A stretch of DNA of 64,000 nucleotides from Trichoplax sp. H2 (taxonomy: Eukaryota): assembly GCA_003344405.1 (NCBI GenBank), contig NOWV01000025.1, positions 558,001 to 622,000 on the forward strand, read 5' to 3'. The translations under genes and the position numbers were made by a program. Numbering within the stretch: position 1 is the stretch's first letter; the number at the start of each line of letters is the position of its first letter. The notes under the pieces were generated by a model. It was not told the origin of the DNA, did no database searches, and saw only the letters and a program-made list of their open reading frames with translations. This document shows, piece after piece, positions 1 to 12,700 of this stretch.

Positions 1-3000
1 GGTAATATTGGGAATGAGTCGTAGTCAAGGGCATTTACTGCATCATCGTCATGGTGGCGGATATCGTATATTTTCGTCAACCTCGGATAGGATAGAACCT
101 CAATGTGATACAGCTAGAGCAAATGGGTCATCACATGAGAATAGTATTTCTACTGTCAATGGCCAAGATGGTCACATAAAAGATGAAGTAAATAAAGCTG
201 GAAGGTAAACGAATAGTTACTGCTCATTGACTTAAAACAGGTCTGGTTTCTAGGCAAAGAATAGACTAGAATCATAGGATCATCCCTGATTATAATTTAG
301 TTAATGTTCGTAACGTAACTGTATAATAAAAATCGTGCCTAATTGTAACAAAAGAATATAGAAAAAATTAAGAGATTATGTCGTAGACCGCTCTTAGTTG
401 TCATTGAAGTGCAGTACAAATCAGTCCATTATATACTGTACTAAGCAGTATAAAGTAAATTTTTCACATTTAAAACGAATTATGATTTTTACAAGATGTT
501 TAATTATATCATTCTAAATATGTAGTATTTTAAACTTTTATTTGTATTTTTTGATATTCGGCTGTAATAGTAGAAATCTTCCTAGCTCAAGGCCAACAAC
601 AATACAACATCAGATACATCCCGACCATCAAATTACTAGTAATACTGACGATACAATTGCAAATGGTAATTGCAAAGAGCACCAGGCTAACTTTACACAG
701 GAGCGAGCGCCATTTTATGATTCTGAAAACAAAGGTAGATCAGGCAGTAAGAATCAATTGGCGTTACCGCGAGAACTATATAAAGCAGAAAGTATTTCGC
801 CTACACGTAGTATAACACCTGGGGGTGATTCAGGCATTGAAAAGACGCCTACAATTGCGTCACCTAAACGTGTTAGATATTCGCCATCACCGTTGGCCGA
901 TAGAATGCCACAATCTAAATCGATACAACTTTCACAGCGAGGTAATAAACGATATCAACGCTGCTTCAGTGAAAAAACTAGCTATAATAATACTTTAACT
1001 TCAAGTTTGAAGAAAAGTAGAGTCATATCACCATCTTCATCGTTACGCCGTGATAATGCCTTAAGTGGACAAAAGGTGCTTGCTCGACGTGATCGTTATT
1101 ACTACATGGCTACCGTAAAAGAAAGTTACAGCGACCGTATTGGAATGAAAGAGGTCGTAACAGTGATATTTGATCATAATCAGTTAGAAACTACTTTTCT
1201 CGATCCTTGGAAAGGGAAAAAAATTGATTTAATATCAAGCTCAGTGCCTTCTGTTGATTTTGTTAATGTCGATAGCCGTGTCTGTATTCAGCCAATTGAA
1301 GGTAGTGTTACCTACTGTATTGGTACAGTAACAAGTATCAAAGGAAATTCATATGAAGTTGTCCTAGATGATGTAGGTGAAACTTTAAGTAATGGCTGCC
1401 GGGTTAAAACTGTTTGGAAGAAATGTTCTGATTTACGTCTATTACGTCGACCTGGCGATATTGCTGCTGCAACTCATTATCAACGATCTATAACAAAACG
1501 AGATAGTGGCAGCTATGATGATGATGATGATGATACTTTCGACAGTGATGAAAATAACGGAATGGATGAAGATGACAACAACAACGATGATGATGAGCAA
1601 ACTGATAGCGCCCCATCTGAGGATGAGTTGAAAGAATGGCAGTGTTATAGTGTCCAAGGTAATGAACAAATTAGACCGCATTCTGTAATACCTGGCTCTG
1701 AAGATCGCTGTGTTATTACGCCAAGTCCTACTCATACTAATGATGATGCTGATTTGAGTGGCAGTAATGGAAGCATTACTGGTGGCAGTCGGCTGAATAA
1801 GCGAGCTCAATCTACTGGTGGGGTCCAATATAAAAAAGGGGATGTCGTCATTACGCCTATGGGTGTCAGAAAAAAATTCAATGGCAAGCAATGGCGACGA
1901 CTATGTTCGAAAGAAGGTTGCTATAAAGAATCGCAACGTCGTGGTTATTGTTCAAGGCACTTGACGCAGCATGGTGATAGCATTAAAGGTGCATCAAAGA
2001 AAGATCTTTTTAGTGATTCTACTCAACGTCCTTCATCAGCTAACGATGGCAATTCGATTACTGATGCAAGCAGTACTGGCGATCGGGCAGCTAGTGATGA
2101 TGATTTTAGCGAAATGAACGATACCGAAGCTGCTAGTTTGTTATTATCATTAAGTAATTCTCGTTGTACAACACCTTTTGAATCACCGCTATCGTCGGCT
2201 AAATCGACATCTCATTTTCCTTTTCCACCTTCAAGTGTAAGCCCAAATACATCTGTCACCCCATTCTCAAACACTTGGCAGAATATTGTGAAAAAAAATA
2301 ATACCAGTGGTCATAATACCAATTCTGGAAACTCAGCTAGTAACAACTCTAATAGCATTAATTATGATAGAAATAACAGTACATCAAGACCATCATCTGC
2401 TGTTGAATTATTAACACCGCCACCCTCAGCTGGTCAACGAATTACGTTATCCGCTCCAACAACACCAATAGCTACAATTAATTCTAGCAAAAGTGAATTA
2501 AGCAATTCATCGTTGCTAAATCAAAATCGCCATGAAAAGAGACAATTTTATCGACCCGTAAATCAATCGCCCCTTCCCGATCATCAAGATAATATCAAAG
2601 ATCATCAAGTTGTTTATAAAGTTAATTACAATTCGAACGCATCCTCTCCGCGTGGTAAAAAGAGGAAATGTGATGAAGATGGGAAGAATGTAATAACCAA
2701 TTCACGACATGGCACTCCATCAACGGTATCCGCAAGCCAATCCATAAATAAAGATGTTAATTATATTCGCATTGGGCGATATTCTAGTAATCCTCAGGAA
2801 CATTCGGAAGAGCATATTTCACAATCTAATACTGTAAATTTTCGTCAATTCAGCAATAAGGAACATCCGAAAACTACTCAACAATCTATAGCTGTGGTGG
2901 ATAGTAAACTTACTAATGATACTCAAACTAGTTTACCTACTGTGGAAGACTCTTCGAAAGAACATAGGATAAGTGTTAGGTATACCGAATTGAATGTATT

Positions 3001-5931
3001 AGTTTTAGTGATAGTTTATCGAACTCCGATGGCGTTTTTCTATAAGAATGAAATCGGATTTAGTTGAATTTGCTTATGAGATATACTGTTATAATATAAT
3101 ATAGATACTGTAATTTGTTCGTTATGGGTATTGCAGTATTATTTTAGTAATTGGTATTTGCTAAGAAAATTAAAATGGACTACAACCGTTGTTTGCAAAA
3201 ATTCACATTTTAGTCATAATCCACCTGAAAGATCCATGAAAGCAACTACTGAGTCTTCTGTTAGCACTGACCATGGAAATAATTACTCACGTAATGTAGT
3301 ACCCACTTCTTATGACAAGGAAGGTAAATTTTTGGCTACAAACATTTTTAGTGTGTGATTATATTTAAAACGATAATATGTTTTGTGTTGTCGTAATAAT
3401 AGTAAAAACATCTATTATAAGAAATAGTTTATATTTTAAGCTTTATGCTATTCTATTCGCCAATTAGTTTTGTATTAGTTTACTGATGCACGCGTATAAG
3501 AATGCTTTACGCATAGACTATGATGTTGTAATGTCAACTATAGGAGTTAAACGTTACTGCTTTTGCCTTTTATTACACTTATATTCGGTTTCGTTCCAGG
3601 TACTGCTTCGAAAGATGTCATAGCTACTTTAAAGAACCTCTTAACAAGGCCATCCAGAAATTCATTATCTCGCAAAAAGGTAAAAGTGCAGAACTTACTC
3701 ATTATCACTAATATTAGGGATTATACTGTACATACCGTAATTTGTAATATTGAATTTTTACTATTGTTAAAAGAATTCTGACGTTGATTTCAATGGTCCA
3801 GTTAAAGTTGGTGAGTAGAGTACTTACTAAAATACCTATAATATCCAGGACGCAATAGTAACCGTTATGATTTTCTTGTTGTAATAATTTGTTACTGTAT
3901 TTTACGTATTACACCGAATTGACTTCTTTTCACCCTTTTATATCATCATAGCTCCAAAGCAGCTTCATATTCAGCACCATGGTTTACATCATGATAAAGA
4001 ATCAGCATTTACAAAATTAGGACAAATAAGCACCGATAACATTCCTTCGAAGAATTCATCGTCTGTCACTCGTCAGCCTTCAAAAGTAGTTAACGAACCG
4101 ACACCTGAGGTCAGTAATTTTGCTATACTAAAATTAATAGGAATGTAAACGACGATTTCGAACCTCTCTGATATTATTACGATCACATAATATACCCGTT
4201 GACAACTATTTTAATAGAATGGTAAGAATAGCAATAACCATGGCAATAATGTATCACGCACGGTGGAAACTCAGACATGCGATGAAGACTTTACTTTATC
4301 CTGTAAAAGTCAAGATGTTGCCAAAATTCGTGAAATTTCCGAGCATCATAGCGAAGAAAAAACTCATAAAGAATTATTTGAAATTGACTTGAAATGTTCC
4401 GAACATGAAGATGACGACGAAGATGACGAAGTCGGTGATATTATGGAAGGCAAAACTAACAATCATCGCTCAGCGATGCAATCTGAGTTCATTCCCATAA
4501 ATGTTTGTCGTGATGATAACGAAAATCGCAGTAGCAATGCGGTTTCTGTTGCTGCTATAGCGGTACGCCCAAAAGTAGCTGAAAAAACGATTTCAAGCGA
4601 AGAGCATCATACTGTTATATCACAAATGCAAACGCCTACGTCATCACAACAAGCCAATAGCGATATATCTAAAGCTAATTCTAAATCTCCTTCTTGCGAA
4701 ACTAAAGATGCTTCACGTAGCAAAGAAGGAAAGTCCAGTGCATCTAATTCCAGTTCTGGTTAAGTTTTAAATTATATCAACAAATTGAGTTCTTTCTATC
4801 TTTAAGATGAGTCATATGATAACGATATTTCCTTTCTAATCTTATTAGATATAAGACCTAAAGTTGCTACGGCACCAACTAACCCGGAGCAAGGAAGTGC
4901 GTTATCAGCATATTCTTACTTCTATAATGGCCAGCCAGTTGTGAATCCGTCTTGTCAGAATAAATTGATAGATTGTAGAATACCAGGGGGTAATTTAGCC
5001 ACTATTATGCCATCATGCAATCAAGTTGGTCATGGTTGGGAAAATAGTGCTATACCTAGTGTAATGCTAGGCCAGCAATTTCCGTTCGCTAATGCAGAGT
5101 TTCTGAAACACGTACGCAATCTTTAGTCTAATCTTTACATATTTATAATCTATTGAATAATACCGTAAGATCGTACTTATATGCCCTGTGATGTTATTTT
5201 AAAGATATCTTACTAATTGCTTCGATACTTCCTCAGGCGACTCTCCCTGTCCACTTACCTGTCAACCAACAGCTATGTCAACTTCCTGGCTATGTGTTGC
5301 CAACTTTTACGGGTAGCACACCATATTTGGCATCGATGGATGCTGATAAATTGGACTATAGTAAATTATTAAAGGCTTCTGATGGTCAATATACTCTGGT
5401 AGATTGATAACTGTATAGTTATAACGACTTTCTTATCGATTTATAATAATGTTTGACTTTATCACAGTGTAACATTTAGTACACTAGTTACATCAATACG
5501 GTACGTTTTTATTATTAACATTTTAATTTCTTTGAATGTTTTACATTTAGAATCTGCAGCCAAACGGTTTAGTTGCAACAACACCAACCGTAAGCAGTCC
5601 AGATTGTAATACTTACAATCGCCTTTATAGAGCCCCGTCATGTTATTCCTCAGGTGTCAGAGAATCTCCAGACACAAATATATGGCCTGGGGACAGGATT
5701 TCACAAAATCGTTCATCTCGAAGTTCTAATCAAGGTAATGAAGCTGAATGTATTAATATAATATGCAAAATATACCTAATTATAATTATCATTCGTTTAC
5801 GAAAAAATTTAGATTTGATAAATTGTTGATTTGGTTAAGCTCTAACGTAAATTTTGATACTTTTAGATGAGAAAGTAGGTCATCGAAAGACGGAAAAAAG
5901 TAGGAGCATCCCAGAATCTAAAAGTCGTTGA
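1..5931 (+). CDS. CIC: Capicua-like protein (CIC long-isoform N-terminal region), 5'-partial, about 11 exons
   Basis: Motifs recognised from CIC-L: '[13 protein letters not shown]' (Tudor-like N-terminal region), '[45 protein letters not shown]' (1829-1963), '[19 protein letters not shown]' and 'EIDLKCSE' (~4380-4403). Phase-compatible GT-AG exons: 1-204, 571/574-2979, 3214-3323, 3600-3679, 3774-3810, 3952-4109, 4218-4758, ~4849-5111, ~5237-5398, 5551-5734, 5868-5931 (TGA). Confidence 0.82.
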
Positions 5932-7779
5932 AATTTTTACTTACAAGTAATCATGCCGTAATACATTAATTAAATAAATTATATCTGCAGCATCGTTGAA
6001 GCTAATAAAAAAGTATTGTAGTAAGTTATAAATATGTATGCTCGATGGTAGGTTTCTACTATAATACGTCTCATCTAGAGATAATTTTGAATATGTAGAT
6101 TATGCTTGTTATATTGTACCGCTCTTATATGTGACATACAAGTATATGTGGTATATCTGTAGTGGACATGTCAACAACTTGATTGTGTATATGAACTCTT
6201 AAAGCGATAACATTTGCCGTCTATATATGTTACAGTAAAACTGTTATTTATAAGTATATCTCTCTCTATATATAGCAGTATGACAATGCATATATATATA
6301 AATACCTACATATAACTATAGCGTGTGTACGTTTATGGTACACGTAGCTCCGAAGATTGTGATATTATAACAATAATAATTTATACTGTTAGAACAGAAA
6401 TGTAATTTCCTCTCCATAAAAATTATTATTGACTGTATTTTGTAGAATAATAAGTTTGATATATATGGAAATAAGATCACTTTTTATTGGCCATCTTAAA
6501 TTAATGTTGCCTTTTTGTTTATTAATACCTCTGTCTGCTTTTAGTACATAAACGTGGTCTATTGAATTGTCGATCGGATTACGTTTTACTTTGTAACGAG
6601 ATATTACTGAAATCGTGATATTTCTTATTCTTTGGGCTACCAAGGTCTAAAGCTTGTTGTGGTCTTATCTCTACAAATTAATAATAGAATTATATACTAT
6701 ATGTTTGTCGGGATGTTTTACATCTGCTCTTTTTAGCGATGTAGTGATTATGTTAACTATTGCAACATATGCAGTTGCTATCTGAACTATTAATTATACT
6801 TCATTTTAATGTCATCATTATTAATTATTATCTGTACGCGAAAAAATATTTAATTTACGTTTATGATAGACAATTATGTACAAAAATAATAGCTAACAAA
6901 TTTATAGTGGTTCTTGCCTAAATGCATAAAGGTTTAGAACTTGAAAAAGCTGGAGAGAAAGGAAATAAATATCGCGCAAGATGTGACTAAGTTGTGAACT
7001 TGGGTTACTGTTTTGATAGTAGATTAGAATTATGAAATAGAATGGGTTCCCTTAAAGGTTTCGTAATACAATCGTTTAGTTCCCATAATAAATGATGGGC
7101 GTTATAACTCACGCCAAAGATGGTCTTGCAGTATTGCCTATGATAAAATTCAACTTCTTGGCAACTTTATGCTAAGAATATAGTTATTACTGTAGTATTT
7201 TCAGTAGCAGCGATATGTAAATGTAGGAGTCGTATTTTTCTTATTTATTAGAATTACCGTTTGCATCATCAATGCTATCAAGTAGTTTTTACATAGTTTT
7301 TAGCATAAACGCTAATCATAACGTGATCTCATTAGCAGATTAAAATAAAACTACGCAAATTTTAACTTTAATTAACATCAGTTATCCATAGGTGCGAATT
7401 AGTAAATTCATCTAGATATTTTGCTATAACAGAATTCAGTTCACACGCAGCTGTTTACAATTTAGTACCAGAAAAGTATGAGGTGCAATGTGATCATAAA
7501 TTTAAACTTGATTGTTGGTAAATGCCAAATACCAATTCATATATTTTCCTTTAATTTACGTAATTACATGAGCTCCGATTTAAATTAAAGAAAAATGATA
7601 GTTCTTTAGCCGCAATACATACCATACAACACAACATTTGAGTATCTACACTGTACAAAAATTTCGGCACTATATTCAAACAATGCAAGTTTGTTTAACT
7701 TGAAGCTCATGTTGCGAAAATGAATTTAATGTCATCATAATAATTCTCATTTCTTTGCGTTTGTAAAACTGATCCTTGG

Positions 7780-9669
7780 TTATACCGTTGACTTCTCTTG
7801 ATTTATTGGCAAGCGAGTTAGCAAATCTTCTGATGTAACGATAGGCGGATTGATCTTTAAAGCTTTATGGGAAACGTACGGCTTTAGCTATATTAAAGGA
7901 ATCAATGACAACATTAAGTTAATAATGAAAAATGGAGCGTTTTAGCATTGTCGTTATAAAGTTGAGACATGAATAATGTTATGTTGCACACAGCTGCAAA
8001 TTATGTGGTTCACAGTGAATTCGTTTGCGATTGTAAGTAATGTTTCATTAGAGATATTAATTTACGAATCAATAACTATCAAGTTCAGAAAGGAAATATA
8101 AGCGTTGTTATTTGTATGCAATGCATTTAAATTATCTGTAAAAGTCATCTACTGTACAGTGATGTAAAAATTTTAAACGATTTAGTAATTCTCGGAGCAT
8201 CGTTACACAATTATAACTGTAATTTTTTATTACATCGTGCAATTAATTTAAAACTTTGGATGATTATACATAAGTACTACTAATTCGAATTTCATATCGT
8301 GTAACTAGAGTGACAAAATGAGTTTTTAAGATTATGAGGAATTGACATGTTCAATTGTGTTAAATATGTTAAATGTGCAATTTCGCTGGTATGACATATC
8401 GTAGTCGGAATCTTTGGATTATTGAGGAATGTCAAAGAGCATGGAGATCAGAACATGAATAGGATAGGTTGCAGTCAAAGTTTACGTACTAAGGTAGATA
8501 AATACTTTATAAATGTTAATACCAACCTCAAAGTCGGTCAAATCAGGCACCATTAATTCCGGAATCTTATGTGGTTGCACTACAAATCCACCTACAAACA
8601 AACGTGTACGTATATTACCTTAAGTAGTGAAAATGATACTGTATATAAGCTATTAAGCTATACTATCATTATCGACTTGATCGAAGTTGCTCCTGTATAT
8701 ATACTAACAGATTATCAACCCACTATAACTTTTACAGACTTGAAGAAAATGATGATAGCAACGGCTTGATTACCGTATGCAGTGGGTAATAAATTGAGTA
8801 TCATTTCTAACCTCTTTTTGTCTTTGTCCCGCTGGACTTAGCCCCTCTTCCTATTAGTTTAAAGTTAAATGACGTTATTTATGGCCTAGATCTATACATC
8901 ATATATATATTTTACTTAGTAACAGGCTATAAAAATAATAAATTAGTAACAAAACAAGACTTTAAAATGTAAGTCAGACGTAAAGTAACGTGGGCCTAGG
9001 CTACGTTGATTGCTTTCCTAAACGAAGACTCTATGAGCTATTCAATCGCGTTTACAGTACCATGCGAAAACGACGGATAATGTGGTCAATACTATAAACC
9101 TAATACCATAGTAAAGTTACAACCTTATAACAATCAGAAGCACATTTATCGTATCCAAATTATGGAAAGTAGATTATCCAAAAGCAATATGAACTAATTC
9201 TTGTAATAAATCGATTAGGATTTTATCGCAAGCTCTCACAACGATGACTATCCATGACAATCAATCTAAACAGCTGCAATGGAGTCCATCCATTCTAAGA
9301 TATTTCTATCGTTGCCAACTCATCTCATCCGTCGTTATCGCTATCATCGAAGTGTATAACCATTCTATGATACATTTGCGACTCAATAAAGTAGTTTAGC
9401 AGTAATTGTCCTATAACACAAATTTAATTTCTACTGTAAATTCGACTAAACTGCGAGCTGGAGCAAAGTCGTATGGCACTCTTATCCGACTTCACACTTC
9501 ATTTGCCTTTGATTTTGCCATTATGTAAGAAATTAAGCCTGTAGAAACGCCACTTCCATCACAATAAAAGCACAATACCTTTATAGAAGTTTTTATTGCC
9601 ACGCTTGGAAGTCATGCCTCTCTCGGCACCACGCAGGAATCCGCGTACAACAGCCTGTAAGATCGACAT
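7780..9669 (-). CDS. MRPL41: Mitochondrial ribosomal protein L41 (mL41), 4 exons
   Basis: Spliced translation MSILQAVVRGFLRGAERGMTSKRGNKNFYKG|RGAKSSGTKTKR|GGFVVQPHKIPELMVPDLTDFE|LKPYVSHKALKINPP...STV*. It contains the family motifs TSKRGxKxFYKGRG and VPDLxxFxLKPYVS. Exons ~9669-9579, ~8849-8812, ~8591-8527, ~7887-7780. Confidence 0.93.
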
Positions 9670-9704
9670 TTTGAATCCTGTTGGCGAAAGAGAAGCGTCT
9701 GGCA

Positions 9705-9795
9705 TACAGTCAGTACAGTAGGTAGACCTTGCACAGTCTTTAGTATAGTTTGTATTGTACAGTAATGTACTGTACATTGTACATTGTACTGTACA
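9705..9795. repeat. TACAG/TACTG-rich patch immediately upstream of the MRPL41 start
   Basis: catacagtcagtacagta ... gtacagtaatgtactgtacattgtacattgtactgtac, 35-125 bp upstream of the ATG. Confidence 0.7.
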
Positions 9796-12700
9796 AGCAT
9801 CTCACTACGCCAGACAGACGGACTTTTCTTACAAAATGAGGCCGTCAATATCGAAAAATGGTTACTTTGAATAGTTTCCTTGTCTAAATCACTGGTACTA
9901 ATTTAAATCACATCAACGATCTTATACAACTGTTTTTAAGCAGAACTTAGTAACAGATAATATAAGAAGATTCTATGTAATATGACTTAATTTAGAAAAA
10001 ATCAGTCAATTTAAAATCGATCATCCCCATACTTAAGTGCTGTCATAACCAGTTGTTTGGCACAATATTTTAACGCGATGAGTCCAATAATGTATCTATC
10101 CAAGAGAGATCAATCCTGATCTTCTTCCAGTAGTACGTGATACAATATACTGGCATGGACTACTAGGAAAATACAGGTATATTTCTAGAATTGACTGTGA
10201 ATTAGAGCTTATTACTATGGCAGGGGACTAAATTCAAGAAAAAGTCTTGCGAATTTTTCTCCCCCTTCTCAAAAGCAACACAGTAACGCTGTCATGTCAA
10301 ATAATTCAGGAGGCAGAAAGGATGAAGTGAAGAGTAGACTACAAGCAATAAAAACTACAGTAACTCAGGCTATAGTGTATATGCACAACGCATTATCCCA
10401 GTAGTGAAACCAAATCCTAGTATGCAGTATTGGAATCGACACGAAGCTAGAGCAGTACATGTCAGATTGTGAACAAGTGATGCACTTTATCATTGATTAC
10501 ATTACTAGGTTATTGGATATTCAAGTTATTTTGGCGCTGCATAAAAAGTTGACATTAAATAATGAACAATTTATAATTTGTTAGCCTATAATTGCACAGT
10601 CAGGGACTATCAGTGATACATGTACATATTATACTCGTATATATGAAGTCTTTTATACGAGCATCTACTTTCAGGGTTATGGAGAGGCAGCTCGCTTTTT
10701 CTGAAATTTCATTACATTTTCCATCAGAGGTCACTGATTCAGGCCTCTGCAAAACAAATTTTTTTTATTATATTACGTAGAAAGGTTAATATTACAATCT
10801 ACGTTTATATTAAAATTATGCCCTTATTTAGCTGTAGGCTTCAGCATGTTTAACATATGTATATATCCTACCCTTAGCCAATAAGCATATACATCACAAA
10901 GTATGCTCTTGAATCATCTTCTGGGCATGATTCCATTTTAATTGCTTACAGAGCGGCTTTATAAGTCAGACCGGAGTCATATGTCAAACTGTCTGAACAT
11001 GGAAATGCACGCTTATTATTATCATATTATAGTCATTACTAAAAATTACTAAAATAGTTTTGGAAGGGATTTGCTGATGACTTCGCTCAGTTACGAGTAT
11101 TACGCTAATAAAATAGCAGATTTATTTCTTGCGCAAAGTTTTCGTGATTCATATCACTATCGATTTAAGATTTAATATACTAAAAATACAGGAAATTTGA
11201 ATTTTATTGCAATTTACTGCTTAGCTCAGCTATATTTAAATGCAGTAAATCCTAAATAAAAAGTGATTTCTAGTAAGCCTACTAGGAGAAGTGTATCAAA
11301 GTCCCTCGTACCAACGTTAACAACTAAGAGTGGAAACACAACGGAACCGTGAGCGCTGGCTTGGAAGCTGACGAGCTCAACTAATCTATTATTAATTATT
11401 ATTTTATTATTTAAACAGTATGTCTTGATAAAGCAAGAGTTGATAAGGCTAGTATGATGAAACGGCAAATATACAGTATAGTATGTGCTATGTAAGGCCG
11501 TAGCTGATAGCCATATTAATTAATGTTATTAAGCAATGCACTAATGTGATTGATGACTCCTATGTAGAGGAGCAATTAATGATAATTTGTATAAGTTGTA
11601 TAGAATTAAAATTGTTATCGTGGAGGCTAAGTTGATTAGCCGGTTTATCTTAGCCATTTTCGACTGTTATTATGATGGGAAGATATTGGAATTCTTCACC
11701 GACGGACGACACACGGATGTTGATAAACTTAACTGTTATAAGTCAATTTATACAGTGTTGACTATTTTGTGTCACATTAGGGATTTGCTCGATTTTAACA
11801 ACTCAGAATTTTGAGTTGGCGGATTACCAACCTAAGGCTAATAACCCGTATACTACAATTAGTTATACGCGTCAGGCACTGTTCAATTTTTTTACCCCCC
11901 CCCCCCAAAAAAAAAAATTTGAGAAGTCGCTGTACGCGTAAGCCTACTTAGGCACGGTATTAACAGGAATGAATTGATTTATTTTTTGTTACAGATTAGC
12001 AGGAGTGTCGCGAATGTAAAAACTTCACTAGAAACTGGCTAAGCAAGCTGTATGGCATGTTGATGGCGTACGAAGAAGAGGGGGAAAATTCGCTTCCATA
12101 CAATTTATACTGCTACAATATTCTAACACAAATAGTATATCACAACGTATTCTTTAAACAAACAGCCTTCGTACACGTAGAACGCAAAATCTGTATAACA
12201 ATATCATACTACAGCAATATAATTGGCACTATTACTCATTATTAACGACAGAGATTATAAGAAATAGCTGGCATATTGATGCTAACTGATAAACAACGAA
12301 GAATGGAAGAATATAATTAATTAATAATTATAATATTATAACAATTGCTTAATATGGTCAAATATAATATGCTAATGGTAAATATCAGTTTTTGTACATT
12401 TTGATTTTAAAAGCCATCACTTACGGACACACTTGTAATGAACAACTGTAGAAGATTATTTGGCCAATGATCAGCTAGCTATCAGTTTGTTTTTTAAGAG
12501 ATATTACACTCATACATCTGTAATTTCACATCTAAACGATCGATATTGGAGCTAATTACTCCCTTGGTAATGGTATAATATCAATGATATCCAACACTTC
12601 AATAGGACCATTAACTGGAATATAGTATGGATAGCGTTACAGTATTAATATGCTGTTTTTTTCTTTTATGTAATGCGGAATCAATAATGATCGCTAGCTT

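Noticed and set aside
1442..1891. 149-aa minus-strand ORF
   Set aside because: Antisense shadow of the Asp-rich CIC-like exon; the poly-Ile comes from GAT repeats.
3018..3050. RTPMAFFYK as a possible HMG-box (RRPMNAF) remnant
   Set aside because: The match is too short, lies past the likely donor at 2979, and has no downstream HMG helix residues.
10200..10640. Possible kinase pseudogene fragments (QAIVYMH; LHSQGLSVIHVHI)
   Set aside because: Only vague resemblance to kinase subdomain VI; no HRD, DFG or APE motifs and no consistent exon structure.
11070..11110. CTGATGA as a hammerhead ribozyme core or snoRNA box
   Set aside because: No correctly placed GAAA or stems, and no partner box.
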